DNA from: a virus
Taxonomy: Duplodnaviria; Caudoviricetes
Strand: one strand, 5' to 3'
Length of the DNA stretch: 64,000 nt
IMG/VR virus record: IMGVR_UViG_3300036790_000048
Span: 75,588 to 139,587 of that record
This document shows positions 26,088 to 35,757 of the stretch, piece by piece. The position numbers and the translations under genes are program-made. The stretch's first letter is position 1; each line of letters begins with the position of its first letter. The notes below the pieces were generated by a model. That model ran no database searches and was not told the DNA's origin. It was given only the letters and a program-made list of their open reading frames with translations.

Positions 26088-27005
26088 CTAACCAGGACCA
26101 TAGCGTGCCCGCCTGTAGGCAGCGACTAGAGATCCAGCGCATCCATTGGGCTCAGGAACCGGCGCAGGCGGAACCGGGGTCGGAGTGGGGACAGGAGTCG
26201 GAGTTGGAACCGGCGTCGGCGTGGGAGCCGGTGCGAACGGGTTGGTCCCGGTAACCGCCAGGAACTCCTGCCCCAGCGTTTCCAGGTCAACCCCCTCCGG
26301 GTCCCTCCCCGTGGTCGAGTTCACCCAGTCCTGGCTGATCGGTGCCCAGGCCTCTTCCCCGTACTTGGCCCAGAACGCGTAGGTCATGTGGATGAGCGCG
26401 TCCCACGTCCACAGCAGGAACCCGGCCCCGTCGTAGCCGCAGATGAGCACGCAGTGGCCGCCGTCGATGCCGCCGTCGTCCGCCACCACGTCCCATGGCT
26501 GGCCGTTGTTGAACTGCGTCACGGCGCTGTTGGGCAGGTTCAGGCCGACGCTCACGCAGCCGAACTCCCACACCGCGGTCTGCATCTGCGCGAGAGCCGT
26601 GACAGCGATATCGCCGTACCCGGCGATCTTCACGCCGTCCATGCCCATGTTCTTCAGGTACGCCAGGCCGTCCGGCACCTGGCAGCCGTTGTCCGTGGGA
26701 TTCTGGCCAGGCGGCCCGGCGTTGGGGTTGAACCCGCCGACCACCTCGTACGCGGTGAGGCAGTCGCTGTCAGGGACGACAACCTCAGTGCCCTGGCCAA
26801 AATAGGTCTGCTGCTCGACGATGTTGGCGTCCGCGCCGATCACGCAGTCGCCCCACTCGTCATTCAGGTGCATGCCGATAGTCGGCAGCCCGGTCCCATA
26901 GTTGACGGACGCAGGCGACGCCCCGATGACGAGCGAGGTCATCAGCCGGACCCTCGGCCTGTCAGGTGGCGTGGGGATGAACCCCGGCCGGAACACGATG
27001 CTCAT
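26088..27005 (-). CDS. papain-like (C1-type) cysteine peptidase, candidate endolysin
   Basis: NDEWGDC, DNGC and GGHCVLICGYD motifs; (PT)n tail; directly upstream of the membrane trio. Confidence 0.7.
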   Translation of the reverse strand: MSIVFRPGFIPTPPDRPRVRLMTSLVIGASPASVNYGTGLPTIGMHLNDEWGDCVIGADANIVEQQTYFGQGTEVVVPDSDCLTAYEVVGGFNPNAGPPGQNPTDNGCQVPDGLAYLKNMGMDGVKIAGYGDIAVTALAQMQTAVWEFGCVSVGLNLPNSAVTQFNNGQPWDVVADDGGIDGGHCVLICGYDGAGFLLWTWDALIHMTYAFWAKYGEEAWAPISQDWVNSTTGRDPEGVDLETLGQEFLAVTGTNPFAPAPTPTPVPTPTPVPTPTPVPPAPVPEPNGCAGSLVAAYRRARYGPG

Positions 27006-27207
27006 GCCTATGCCATCGGTGTCTCCAGCACGCGCAGGCGACGCAGGTCCAGGAGCGCATCCACAAGCTCGCGCCACGTCTGGTCTCTGTGCCCAGCCGA
27101 GTACATCCCCGCTAGCTCACGGTCGATCTCGTCCACCGTGGCAAGCTCTCCGGCCGCGGCGGCCAGCGCGACGATGCCCGATGCGCTCACACCTCTTTAA
27201 ATCGGTG

Positions 27208-27480
27208 TCAGCTCTCCAGGGTGATCTCCACGTAGGGCTGATCCGCCTTGACAAACCCATACTCTCCCGCCAGCGCCGGACGCCGGTAGATGTACCAGCC
27301 GACCGAAGCGACGCGCCCAGCGACGTTGGCGTGGACCGGTCCGCCAGTGGCGAACTGCGGGTGCCCCTCTTGCGGCGGATGGAACAGGTAGTCCCCCCGC
27401 CGCGGCACCGGTCCCTCCCAGCCGGGCATGTCCGCCACCAATTCCGCGCCCTGCACGACCCTCATATGGATCTTGCTCAT
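27208..27480 (-). CDS. hypothetical protein
   Basis: ORF with GGGAGAG RBS; VPRRGDY motif. Confidence 0.55.
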   Translation of the reverse strand: MSKIHMRVVQGAELVADMPGWEGPVPRRGDYLFHPPQEGHPQFATGGPVHANVAGRVASVGWYIYRRPALAGEYGFVKADQPYVEITLES

Positions 27481-27622
27481 AGCTCTCCCTCATGTTTGGT
27501 GGTGGCGCTCTCGCGCATTCTCCCTGGGCGCTGTTTACCGTGAACTCAGCCACGGCATTGCGACAACCTCCCAGACCTCATCCCCTTGCCCCCGCCCAGG
27601 GTGCGATGGTAACGCGCCGTCC

Positions 27623-27940
27623 TCAGCCGATCAGGCTGACCTCGAAGCCGTCCGGCAGCAGCTCGCCGCCAGTCGGGTAGTGCCCGGACTCCAGGCTGGT
27701 CCCGTTCAGGTACGCCGACTTCAGCGCGTCCCGCACCCCGTCCTCCACGATCAGCGTCTCAGGGCTGCCCGTTGCCGACGTCAGGACGATCGCCTGCGAT
27801 TCCATCCGCGTCCGCACGTCCTTACAGTCCACCGGCGTCCACATGTCGTCGCAGGACTGGAACTTCTCCGGGTATGGCGTGACCCGCATCAGCCGCCCGC
27901 CAACCTTCACCAGGAACGACCTGGTAACCAGCGCGTCCAT
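27623..27940 (-). CDS. hypothetical protein
   Basis: Abuts the upstream gene; GGAGG RBS. Confidence 0.55.
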   Translation of the reverse strand: MDALVTRSFLVKVGGRLMRVTPYPEKFQSCDDMWTPVDCKDVRTRMESQAIVLTSATGSPETLIVEDGVRDALKSAYLNGTSLESGHYPTGGELLPDGFEVSLIG

Positions 27941-28141
27941 TTACGCCTCCGCCGCGTCGTTGATCTGCTGCACGGTCCATCCGTGCTGCAGGAGGTACAT
28001 GCGCGCCGACAGACGCGCCCTCAGCGCCGCCGGGCTGCCGCCAGACTCCCGCAGCATCGCCACCGCGTCGATCTCGATGGCCTGCAGCAGCCCGTCCTTG
28101 AGCGGCTTGCCGTCCGGGCCTACCCGCTTGCCCCAAGCCAC
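27941..28141 (-). CDS. hypothetical protein
   Basis: Fits the gene run. Confidence 0.5.
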   Translation of the reverse strand: MAWGKRVGPDGKPLKDGLLQAIEIDAVAMLRESGGSPAALRARLSARMYLLQHGWTVQQINDAAEA

Positions 28142-28142
28142 C

Positions 28143-28352
28143 TCAGGCCACCCTCTCCACCGCGTCGGCCGGGAACTCGAAGTAGGAGTCGCCGTTGACC
28201 GTGGTCAACGCCACGCCGCCGTCCCAGTCGATGCTCCCGTAGGTGCATCCGTCGAACTCCTCAAGCAGCTCGCCTGGCTCCCACGCGCAGTTGGAGAAGT
28301 TGTGCGGCTCGTCCGCCGCCACAGGCCGGGTGACCCGGTACAGAGTGGTCAT
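28143..28352 (-). CDS. hypothetical SH3-like protein
   Basis: MTTLYRVTRPV...GCTYGSI...YFEFP. Confidence 0.55.
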   Translation of the reverse strand: MTTLYRVTRPVAADEPHNFSNCAWEPGELLEEFDGCTYGSIDWDGGVALTTVNGDSYFEFPADAVERVA

Positions 28353-28500
28353 CAGGACACCCCCACGAGAGCCATCCACAGCACCATGCCCACGAGCACT
28401 ACCAGGGCTATGGCCCCGAGCGCCCAGTCGCTCCCGTACTTGACGCTCCCAGCGGTGGTGGTGACCATTCTGAGCCTCCTAGCCGGGCCGCCCCCGCGGC

Positions 28501-28541
28501 CCTTGCACTAGGTATAACCGTTGACGGTCGTCAGTTATTCC
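28501..28541 (-). promoter_or_regulatory. promoter/operator motif B, copy 1
   Basis: GGAAT-N18-GTTATA with the internal palindrome TGACG-AC-CGTCA. Confidence 0.6.
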
Positions 28542-28782
28542 GATCGCTGAAGTTGCGCGGCGGGCGCTCAGCCAGCCGGACCTGGGGAGGGTGGTTGCCG
28601 TCCCGCGGCACCACTTCTTCCACCGTTAGCTCTGGCACCTCATCCAGCATCGCCATGGCCGTGTACGCGAGGTCGCGCAGGTCCTCAGTGTCCAGCAGCG
28701 ACACGATCATCCCGTGCGCGTCCGTGGCCGCGTAGACGTCGGGGGCCACCTTGTGCAGTTCGACCGGCCGGGAGGCTCTCAT
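28531..28782 (-). CDS. hypothetical protein
   Basis: Fits the gene run; ATGA overlap. Confidence 0.5.
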   Translation of the reverse strand: MRASRPVELHKVAPDVYAATDAHGMIVSLLDTEDLRDLAYTAMAMLDEVPELTVEEVVPRDGNHPPQVRLAERPPRNFSDRNN

Positions 28783-29182
28783 GCCGCTGCCTCTTCACTG
28801 ACGATCTGCCCGTCGTCCACCTCGGTGGTGACCTCGCCCTCCACCATCACCTTGTCGAACAGCAGCTGCATGGTCCGCCAGTCCCCGGCGAACCGCACCC
28901 GCCGCCCGTCCTCCGTGACGCCAGTGGTCGTGTAGGTCGTCGCGAACGCCTCTTGCCGCTCCAGGTCGTCGCGCCGCACCGTGATAGCCGCCATGATCCC
29001 CACCTTTCGCTCTAGCTCCAGTACAGTCGCCACCCTAGCCGGTGCCTTGACGATCGTCAACTCTTTACGGCACTCGCTGTCCACCCACTGGTTCACCCCG
29101 TCCGCCTTGTCCCTGCACTTCTGGCAGGCCTGGCAGCGGCAGCGCAGGATGCCGCAGCACCCGATGAACCCGTGCCCTGGCA

Positions 29183-29791
29183 TCATTCCGCCCCCCACAG
29201 ATCGTCCCCGAAAAATGACGGTAGCTCGTGCGGCGCTGGCGGCCTCGGCGGGCCGACCTGCGCCATCAGGCTCTGGAAGTCCCAGCGCCGCTTGAGGTAC
29301 TCCAGCGCCAGGAGCCGGTTGGCGAACAGCTCCGGGAACTCCATGACGCCCTCTGGGAACGCCCGCCAGCACCGCGTGTCGCGAGCGCTCATCTTGTCCG
29401 TGACGTGCCGCCGGACCTCGCCTATCAAGATCCTGGTGCGGTACCGGCCGCCAGGCGGCACGCGCCGAAGATAGACCAGGTGGTGATCCCGAGTGAGCCG
29501 CACGCAGTCGATCTCAGGCGGGTTATATTCCGCGTGCACCGGCAGCCCTCCTAATCCCACCACCAGGGTCTCAACTAGCGTCCCGGCAATGTCATACCGG
29601 TGCAGCACCCGCCTGACGCGCCTGCCCTGCCGCCGCTCCAGATCGTGGCGGCAGTGATAGCAGCTGAACTCGATCAGGTTGTCCGGGTGAACGTAGACCG
29701 GCCGCTCGCCGCGCTGGATCATGCGCGCGAACAGGTGCCGCGGACCCACCGGGCACCGTAGCTCCACCTCGTGCTCAACCGCAGCCGCCAT
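29183..29791 (-). CDS. hypothetical protein with zinc-binding N-terminus
   Basis: ELRCP...EFSCYHC; CGATA motif 8 nt upstream. Confidence 0.55.
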   Translation of the reverse strand: MAAAVEHEVELRCPVGPRHLFARMIQRGERPVYVHPDNLIEFSCYHCRHDLERRQGRRVRRVLHRYDIAGTLVETLVVGLGGLPVHAEYNPPEIDCVRLTRDHHLVYLRRVPPGGRYRTRILIGEVRRHVTDKMSARDTRCWRAFPEGVMEFPELFANRLLALEYLKRRWDFQSLMAQVGPPRPPAPHELPSFFGDDLWGAE

Positions 29792-29810
29792 ACCCTCTAT
29801 ATCGAGGGCA

Positions 29811-30155
29811 TCAGGGGCTCTCCTCGGGCCGGTGGACCATATAGTCGTCCCGGCTCACCGCAGTGCCAGCCGGGCCGCCGTAGATCCCCACCAGACGGAA
29901 CCGCCAGTTGATGTTGGCCCCAATGTCCGGCATGCGCTCCGGAGGCACCGCATCCTCCAGCTGGGCGCTCTCGCTGCCGTAGCTGACCATCTGCCGCACC
30001 CCGAGGTCCGGGCTGCTCAGATCGGCGTTCTCGTAGATCGCCACGCCGTCCCCGCGCGCCAGCCACCTGGCCACCGTGCCCATCACCGACTCCGCCGTGA
30101 CCCCGTACCCCTCGGCCACGTACGTGTCGAACTGCTCCCGCGTGAATACCTGCAC
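29811..30155 (-). CDS. hypothetical protein
   Basis: RGDGVAIYEN.DL...SYGS motif; RBS present. Confidence 0.6.
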   Translation of the reverse strand: MQVFTREQFDTYVAEGYGVTAESVMGTVARWLARGDGVAIYENADLSSPDLGVRQMVSYGSESAQLEDAVPPERMPDIGANINWRFRLVGIYGGPAGTAVSRDDYMVHRPEESP

Positions 30156-30172
30156 TTCCCCACCCCCAATTG

Positions 30173-30199
30173 AAAAGGGAGGGCCTCTCGGCCCTCCCT
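30173..30199 (-). terminator. intrinsic terminator after the DUF932 gene
   Basis: AGGGAGGGCC-GAGA-GGCCCTCCCT 10-bp stem followed by a short T run. Confidence 0.75.
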
Positions 30200-30212
30200 G
30201 GTTGCTACTCGG

Positions 30213-31511
30213 TCAGGCTGCCTTAACCAGCAGCAGCTTCTCGTGGACCCGAGTCTTGAGCTTGTCGTCAGTGCCCTCCAGCAGCGCCGTGACTCGCGCC
30301 GCCGCCAGCTTGTCGCCCTTGACCCGCTTGGGTGCCGAGTGGTCGAGGTAGTCGGTGAAGACCCGCTCGGCCGAGTAGGCGGTCTTGCCGGTCTGCGCGG
30401 CCTGGTTGCCCCACATGTCCACCAGCGTGCCGTGCCGCTCGTCCCAGTTCTTCCGCTTCCGGTCGGACTCCTCAGCGCCGGGCTTGGCGTAGATGTCCGC
30501 CGCCAGGGCCTCGAAAGCCTTCAGCTCCATGTCGATCCGGGCCAGCTGCTCCTGCTCGGACTTGAACTCCCCGAAGTACTTGACGCTCAGGCCGAGGGTC
30601 CGGCGCGCTTCCTTCAGATTGTCGTCCGACATGGCGTTGGTGGTGTGCCGGACCGACCACTTGGCCACCGCGTCGCGGAAGTTGAAGCGCTCGGTGTTGC
30701 CGCACGCGACCCTCCACGGGCTGACGGTGACGCTGTTGCTGGTCGTGCCGTCGTGGCTGCCCAGGAAGTACAGTTTGGGCTCGATGATGTCCTCCACGCC
30801 GTCGCCCAGATCAAGGACGACGTCATCCGGGAGCCGCATGCCGATGAAGACGTGGCTGCCGCCGTAGGTCGCGCCCGCGGACAGGAACCGAATGTCGTAC
30901 TTGACCACCAGGTCCTGCAGGAACGCGCCTAGCTGGCGGTTCTGGATGGCCTGGTAAACCCGGCCGACCGCCTGGCCGTTCTTGGTCAGCGCCGCGCCGG
31001 TGTCGCTGCGCGAGGTGATGAACGTGCCGGGCACCTCTTCCACCCTGCCGGTGACCGGGTTGGTGTAGAGCGCCGGGGTCTGGATTGCCTCCCAGGCGAT
31101 CCCGCCGAGCCGCAGCACCTCATCCAGGTCGGTGACGCCCTCGGGGACGACGTTGCCCAGGCCGTGCCACTCGTTGACCATGGTGTAGAGCGCGGCCTTG
31201 CCGGTGGACTCGTCCAGGTTCGACACCGGCATCGCCAGCGGCTGCTCCTGCTCAAGCCCGCGCGGCCGCTGCATGCGCAGGACCTCGCCGTTGTCCCACG
31301 AGTCCGGGTCGGTCACCGTGAAAGTGCCGTCGCCGTTGTCGCGGACCTTGCCGTCGTCAACGCGCTGCTGGAACGCCGCCCGGTACTGGTCGGCCGCCTC
31401 GCGCGCCCGCTCGGCCCTGGCCGGGATGCCGTCGTTGTAGTTGCGGATGGCCTGGAGCTGCTCTGCGCGCTCCGCGGCGAAGGCCTCGTTGCGATCCATG
31501 ACTGCTGCCAT
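30213..31511 (-). CDS. DUF932-family phage/plasmid protein
   Basis: WHGLG, YQAIQN, SAGATYGG, SHDGT, RVACGNT and VRHT motifs. Confidence 0.85.
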   Translation of the reverse strand: MAAVMDRNEAFAAERAEQLQAIRNYNDGIPARAERAREAADQYRAAFQQRVDDGKVRDNGDGTFTVTDPDSWDNGEVLRMQRPRGLEQEQPLAMPVSNLDESTGKAALYTMVNEWHGLGNVVPEGVTDLDEVLRLGGIAWEAIQTPALYTNPVTGRVEEVPGTFITSRSDTGAALTKNGQAVGRVYQAIQNRQLGAFLQDLVVKYDIRFLSAGATYGGSHVFIGMRLPDDVVLDLGDGVEDIIEPKLYFLGSHDGTTSNSVTVSPWRVACGNTERFNFRDAVAKWSVRHTTNAMSDDNLKEARRTLGLSVKYFGEFKSEQEQLARIDMELKAFEALAADIYAKPGAEESDRKRKNWDERHGTLVDMWGNQAAQTGKTAYSAERVFTDYLDHSAPKRVKGDKLAAARVTALLEGTDDKLKTRVHEKLLLVKAA

Positions 31512-31550
31512 CTGTGATCCCCACCTCTCGTCCCCCGGTCCCTCCGGAGG

Positions 31551-31592
31551 GCCTTGCACTTACTATAACCATTGACGGTCGTGAAATCATCC
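31551..31592 (-). promoter_or_regulatory. promoter/operator motif B, copy 2
   Basis: CACGACCGTCAATGGTTATAGTAAGTGCAAGG, near-identical to copy 1, upstream of DUF932. Confidence 0.6.
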
Positions 31593-31798
31593 CCAGCTGG
31601 GAAGTTTTTTCTTCAGCTGGCTACGACCTCGACCAGATGGTCCTGCCGTCCGCCGTCACCAGCAGCGACCGCCGGTTGAACAGTTTCGCCACGACCTCGC
31701 CCGCGTCGTCATAGATCGTGTCGTAGTCCATGCCCATGTTCCGGGCGATGTCCATGATCTCGGCGTCTGTCATCTGCGCCCCCTCAGCGTCTCACTGA

Positions 31799-31828
31799 GT
31801 GCAACGCTTGACAGTCGTCACTTATTCC
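31799..31828 (-). promoter_or_regulatory. promoter/operator motif B, copy 3
   Basis: GGAAT-N18-GTT with TGACG-AC-TGTCA. Confidence 0.55.
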
Positions 31829-31835
31829 CAGCTGG

Positions 31836-32951
31836 CTAGCCCTGCCTGCACTGCTGGGCCTTGACCCACAGCTCCTCGCCCTTGCCGGGCACGTTGTCCC
31901 GCACCCGGTCGAAGAAGTTCGACATGACCACGGACCAATCGCACATCTTGGGGATGACCTGCGCCCCCAGCTCCGCCTTGCGCTTGACCTCTTCCCGGTG
32001 CGTGTACGCGTGCCACATGAAGTCTTTCATGGTCTGCACGCTGACCTTGGCGTCATGCGCCTGATCCGGGTGGGCCGCCTCGGTCGGCGTCAGCTCGTAG
32101 TCGAGGGGATACGCGTACTCGCTGTTGATCCACTGGGTGTGCCCGCCCCAGTTGGTGGCCGCGACCGCGCCGCCAGTGGTCATCATCTCCAGCGCAGGCA
32201 GGTTCTTGCCCTCGCCGCGGCTGGGAGCCACCAGGACGTGCGCCGCATGGTAGAACTCCTCCAGCACCTCCCGCTCCCACATCTCGTGCCACACCTTCAT
32301 GCCAGGGATGAGGCTGCCGAAGACCACCAGCGGGTCACCGATCGTGGTGTGCAGGCCGAGCCGCGCGCCGTCGAACTCGGGCTTATCGTGCTTCAGCTCG
32401 TTGAACGCCTGGATGGTCACGTACGGCGCTTTCCGGTTGTGCAGCTGCCCGTGCATGATGAACATGAACCGGTCCCCAAACCAGTCCCGGCCGCCGAAGT
32501 ACTTGTACGACGACGACTCGTAGCCGCCCTGCAGCACGGCCCAGGCCTGCTTTTTGGGGCCGTACTTGCGCCACGCGTCAACCGCCACCTGGTCGTACAT
32601 CAGCACCAGGTCAAAATCGTTCATGCGCTGGGCGAAGGTGCTGGGCCGCCGGGCCAGCGGCCTCGCGTCGCTGAACTCCCACATGCTCCACGCCACGCAG
32701 ATGTCCGAGCACGAGACAGCGACCTTGGAGATGCTCAGGTTGTCCGGGTCCGAGTGCGTGATGACGAGATCGAACGGCGCGGTCAGGTGCTTGGTCAGCA
32801 GCAGCGCCACGTCCTCGGGCAGCGGCGGCGACACGTACGTGGGCTCCACGTAGACGTCCGCCCCCCACTTGACCAGCGCCCGCGCGATGCCCACCCCGTC
32901 CCGGCCGTAGCCGCTGTACGCGTTAAGCGGACCCCTCAGCAGAACCTTCAC
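31836..32951 (-). CDS. GT4 (GT-B) glycosyltransferase
   Basis: YSGYG N-terminus, HNRKA, PSRGEGKNLPALEMMTTG, TNWGGH; GTG start after GGAGAAG. Confidence 0.9.
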   Translation of the reverse strand: MKVLLRGPLNAYSGYGRDGVGIARALVKWGADVYVEPTYVSPPLPEDVALLLTKHLTAPFDLVITHSDPDNLSISKVAVSCSDICVAWSMWEFSDARPLARRPSTFAQRMNDFDLVLMYDQVAVDAWRKYGPKKQAWAVLQGGYESSSYKYFGGRDWFGDRFMFIMHGQLHNRKAPYVTIQAFNELKHDKPEFDGARLGLHTTIGDPLVVFGSLIPGMKVWHEMWEREVLEEFYHAAHVLVAPSRGEGKNLPALEMMTTGGAVAATNWGGHTQWINSEYAYPLDYELTPTEAAHPDQAHDAKVSVQTMKDFMWHAYTHREEVKRKAELGAQVIPKMCDWSVVMSNFFDRVRDNVPGKGEELWVKAQQCRQG

Positions 32952-33198
32952 GTAGCTTCTCCTCGAAGATCGTCTCGAACTCGGACTGGTACCTCTCGCG
33001 CAAGCTGCGCAGTGCGAAGTTCTGCGCCGGTCCGCCGTGCGCCAGGCCCTCATCGACGCCCTGCAGGTACAGCCGCCGGCGCTCCTCAGTGTGCACCCGG
33101 CCCAGCTGCGTAAGCGCCCGGCCGTACGCGCGCATCCGCCTCTTACGGCGCTCAGCATTGCCAGCATCTGCGTACCAGGCACTGCTGCGGTCACTCAT
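32923..33198 (-). CDS. hypothetical helical protein
   Basis: Internal repeat RALxxL...(H/Y)..E; CCGATA 8 nt upstream. Confidence 0.65.
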   Translation of the reverse strand: MSDRSSAWYADAGNAERRKRRMRAYGRALTQLGRVHTEERRRLYLQGVDEGLAHGGPAQNFALRSLRERYQSEFETIFEEKLREGSAEGSA

Positions 33199-33216
33199 GG
33201 CGTGACTATCGGCACC

Positions 33217-33786
33217 TCAGCCGCCGCTGCCGCCCCCGCTGTCCCCGCCGCCCACCTGCTGCACGCTGGGCGCGTTCCCGTAGGTGCCCACGTCGTAGAA
33301 CACCGCGCCGCGGATCAGCCCGTCCCCGTCCGGCACCGGGTACCACACCGGCTCGGTCATACGGATGCTGTTGACCGTAACCAGGTCCCCCCACACCTGC
33401 GTCTTGTCATCCGACGACGCGCGGTGCAGGTGCGCGTCCAGCGTGGCGAACACGTCCAGCCCGCGGCTCTCGGTCTCAGACGGGTTGGTGATGTTGCCCA
33501 TGCCGTCCCGCAGCGGGTCCACCCAGATGTCCACCTCCAGGCGCTGCCACCGGATGGTGGAGTAGTCCAGCGGCGTGGTGGACTGCCCGGCGTTGCTGAC
33601 CACCAGTGACACAGCCTGGCTGCCCTTGACGATGGAGATGTCCTCCATGCGCGTGTAGATGTTGCGCACGAAGATCCAGGGGATGTTGGCGTTGTCCGGG
33701 TCGTCAGCCGGGAACGCCCCGATGACCGCCAGCACGTCGCTCAGGCCCGACAGGAACTCGTACGACCCGCTGGCGACGTCATCCAT
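33217..33786 (-). CDS. putative tail terminator
   Basis: Last neck gene; RLEVDIWVD and PVPDGDG..RG..FYDV. Confidence 0.6.
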   Translation of the reverse strand: MDDVASGSYEFLSGLSDVLAVIGAFPADDPDNANIPWIFVRNIYTRMEDISIVKGSQAVSLVVSNAGQSTTPLDYSTIRWQRLEVDIWVDPLRDGMGNITNPSETESRGLDVFATLDAHLHRASSDDKTQVWGDLVTVNSIRMTEPVWYPVPDGDGLIRGAVFYDVGTYGNAPSVQQVGGGDSGGGSGG

Positions 33787-34121
33787 CAGGTGCCCACCAG
33801 GATGCCCGTGTCGTTGCCCTGGTCGTCCACCCAGGTGAACTCGCCCTCGGCCCCAACCGGCCGGTGCATCCGGCACTTGCAACAGTACGTGGCCCCGTAG
33901 AAGCCCGGCCGCGCCGCGTACGTCTCCGACAGCTCGCGCCCCATGGTCGTGACCGACATGCACTCCGGGTCGTGGTGGATATATGCACAGAAAACGGGCC
34001 GGACGAATCCCTTGGCCCTCTCCTCATCGCTCAGCACCAGGTAGGTGGAGTGCTGCGGCGTCGGGATGCGGTCCACCCCGTGACCCAGCTCGGGATGATT
34101 CGGATCATTGGTCAGGCTCAC
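33786..34121 (-). CDS. conserved phage zinc-binding hypothetical protein
   Basis: YLVLSDEERAKGFVRP...ETYA.RP.FYG.TYC..C..H motif. Confidence 0.75.
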   Translation of the reverse strand: MSLTNDPNHPELGHGVDRIPTPQHSTYLVLSDEERAKGFVRPVFCAYIHHDPECMSVTTMGRELSETYAARPGFYGATYCCKCRMHRPVGAEGEFTWVDDQGNDTGILVGT

Positions 34122-34501
34122 GGCGGAAACCCCAGTCGGTACATCGTCTCCCCGGCCGCGGGCATCTGCATGTGCAGCCCGTCCAGCGACGTGCTGAACC
34201 CAGGGTAATTCTCCTCGTACATGTGGTCGAGCTGCTTGGTCTCAGTGATCAGAGCCTCGGTGAACTCCTCCGCCGAGAACACGCCCTTTTTGATCAGCAG
34301 TCCGGTCAGCGCGTTGATGTCCGCGCGCATGAGGATATACATCTCGTACTGGTTGCGCAGCGCCTTGCACTCGTGGTCATTGAACAGCCGAGTGCCCACC
34401 TGCCAGCTGGTGAAGAACGTCCGCCACTTGGCCAGCTTGTTGGACACCCGGTACGACTCGTCCGCCAGCCGCTGCCGCCGCTTATCATCCGCGTCTGTCA
34501 T
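34118..34501 (-). CDS. hypothetical protein
   Basis: NKLAKWRTFF.SWQ.GTR; coupled to neighbours. Confidence 0.7.
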   Translation of the reverse strand: MTDADDKRRQRLADESYRVSNKLAKWRTFFTSWQVGTRLFNDHECKALRNQYEMYILMRADINALTGLLIKKGVFSAEEFTEALITETKQLDHMYEENYPGFSTSLDGLHMQMPAAGETMYRLGFPP

Positions 34502-34891
34502 CTACCCCTCCAGCCAGTCCTGAATGGCCTTGGTGTAGAGCTGGTACGAATCACCAGTCGTCCAGTCTCCAGGCCACCTGGCTTCTACCGGGTCGAAGAA
34601 GAAGTGCGAGTCGCCCGTGCCGCCGTGGTGCTTGGTTTTCTTGGGGCCGCGAGCCAGCTCGAAGATGCCAGGGTCACGGTCGTACTCCAGCGTGCCCGTC
34701 CACACGTCGCCATTGAAGTCCGACGACACGCGCCCGCTCGCCAGCAGCTTGCCCGTGATGACGTGGACGCGCGCCTCAGTCGTGGCGAACGTCGTCGCCA
34801 GGACAGCCTCCAGCCGCCGCGTGGGTGGCTCCTGCAGGCGCGCCAGCTCATCCGCGGTGCCGTCGAGGTCAACCTCGAATCGCAGCTGCAT
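34502..34891 (-). CDS. neck protein (HK97 gp10-like)
   Basis: VHVITGKLLASG and IFELARG..H.FF motifs. Confidence 0.65.
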   Translation of the reverse strand: MQLRFEVDLDGTADELARLQEPPTRRLEAVLATTFATTEARVHVITGKLLASGRVSSDFNGDVWTGTLEYDRDPGIFELARGPKKTKHHGGTGDSHFFFDPVEARWPGDWTTGDSYQLYTKAIQDWLEG

Positions 34892-35050
34892 AACTCGTAC
34901 CCCCTGCTCAGCACGATCGATGACTCCAGGTAGGTCAGGAACCTCAGCGCCCGAACGTCCTGCTCTGCATCAATTGTGGCGCCATCCAGCGCGTCGTGCA
35001 GCACCGCCGCCGCGGCCTCCAGGTCCTCCAGCTCCAGGCCGACCGCCCCG

Positions 35051-35563
35051 TCAGGTGTCTCCATTCTCGCTCCCCGGGAAAGGCGTCTGGCTGCCCTGGG
35101 CGAGGGATTGCGCCACCTCGAAGACCTGCACCTCGATGTGATGCGCCCCTGTGATGTCCACCGCCGCGGTGGGAATGGTCCGGATCTCGAACGTCCCCAC
35201 CACAGGGCCAGCCAGACAGTACACCCGGTCCCCTGCCAGCACATACGGCGCTCCGCTGTCCGGGTTCAGCATCGCGTCAAAGAACAGCGTGCCCACCCGG
35301 TCAGGCGCACGGCCCGCGGTCAGCGGCATGGGCGGGTCAGTCCGCTTGACGAACCCGAGGTCGAGGCGGCACATCATCTGCCCAGGGATGTCCATGAACG
35401 GGTCTATCACGTCGCTCAGGACGTTCCACGTGAGCGTCGGCGTGCCCTGCGACACCTTCATCTTGATCCGCATCACCTGCACCCGTGACTGGTACAGGAT
35501 GCGCAGCGGGCTAGACGTCCCGAACGGCTGGTACGGGACCGGCGGCTGGTCTGGGTACGTCAC
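35051..35563 (-). CDS. head-to-tail stopper
   Basis: Position; AGDRV...GTFEI...HHIEVQV. Confidence 0.65.
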   Translation of the reverse strand: MTYPDQPPVPYQPFGTSSPLRILYQSRVQVMRIKMKVSQGTPTLTWNVLSDVIDPFMDIPGQMMCRLDLGFVKRTDPPMPLTAGRAPDRVGTLFFDAMLNPDSGAPYVLAGDRVYCLAGPVVGTFEIRTIPTAAVDITGAHHIEVQVFEVAQSLAQGSQTPFPGSENGDT

Positions 35564-35757
35564 ACGTATTCAATCGGGAGCCGGCGCTCGTAATGCCAGT
35601 GTGCCAGCAGCCCAGCGAGCAGCAGTCCCTCGAACCACCGGTGGTTGCGGCAGATGCTGGACAGCGTAGGGAGCCTGCGCCGGCTGAGCACGGCCACCAC
35701 CTCGTACGCGATGAACACGCCGACCAGCGCCTCCAGCGCACGCTCCTCCGGGTGCAT
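35560..35757 (-). CDS. small membrane protein
   Basis: FIAYE..A...PTLS...LLAHW; 2 TM. Confidence 0.65.
   Translation of the reverse strand: MHPEERALEALVGVFIAYEVVAVLSRRRLPTLSSICRNHRWFEGLLLAGLLAHWHYERRLPIEYV

Noticed and set aside
26160-26235. GGAGTCGG-like short repeats
   Set aside because: They simply encode the Pro-Thr linker of the peptidase.
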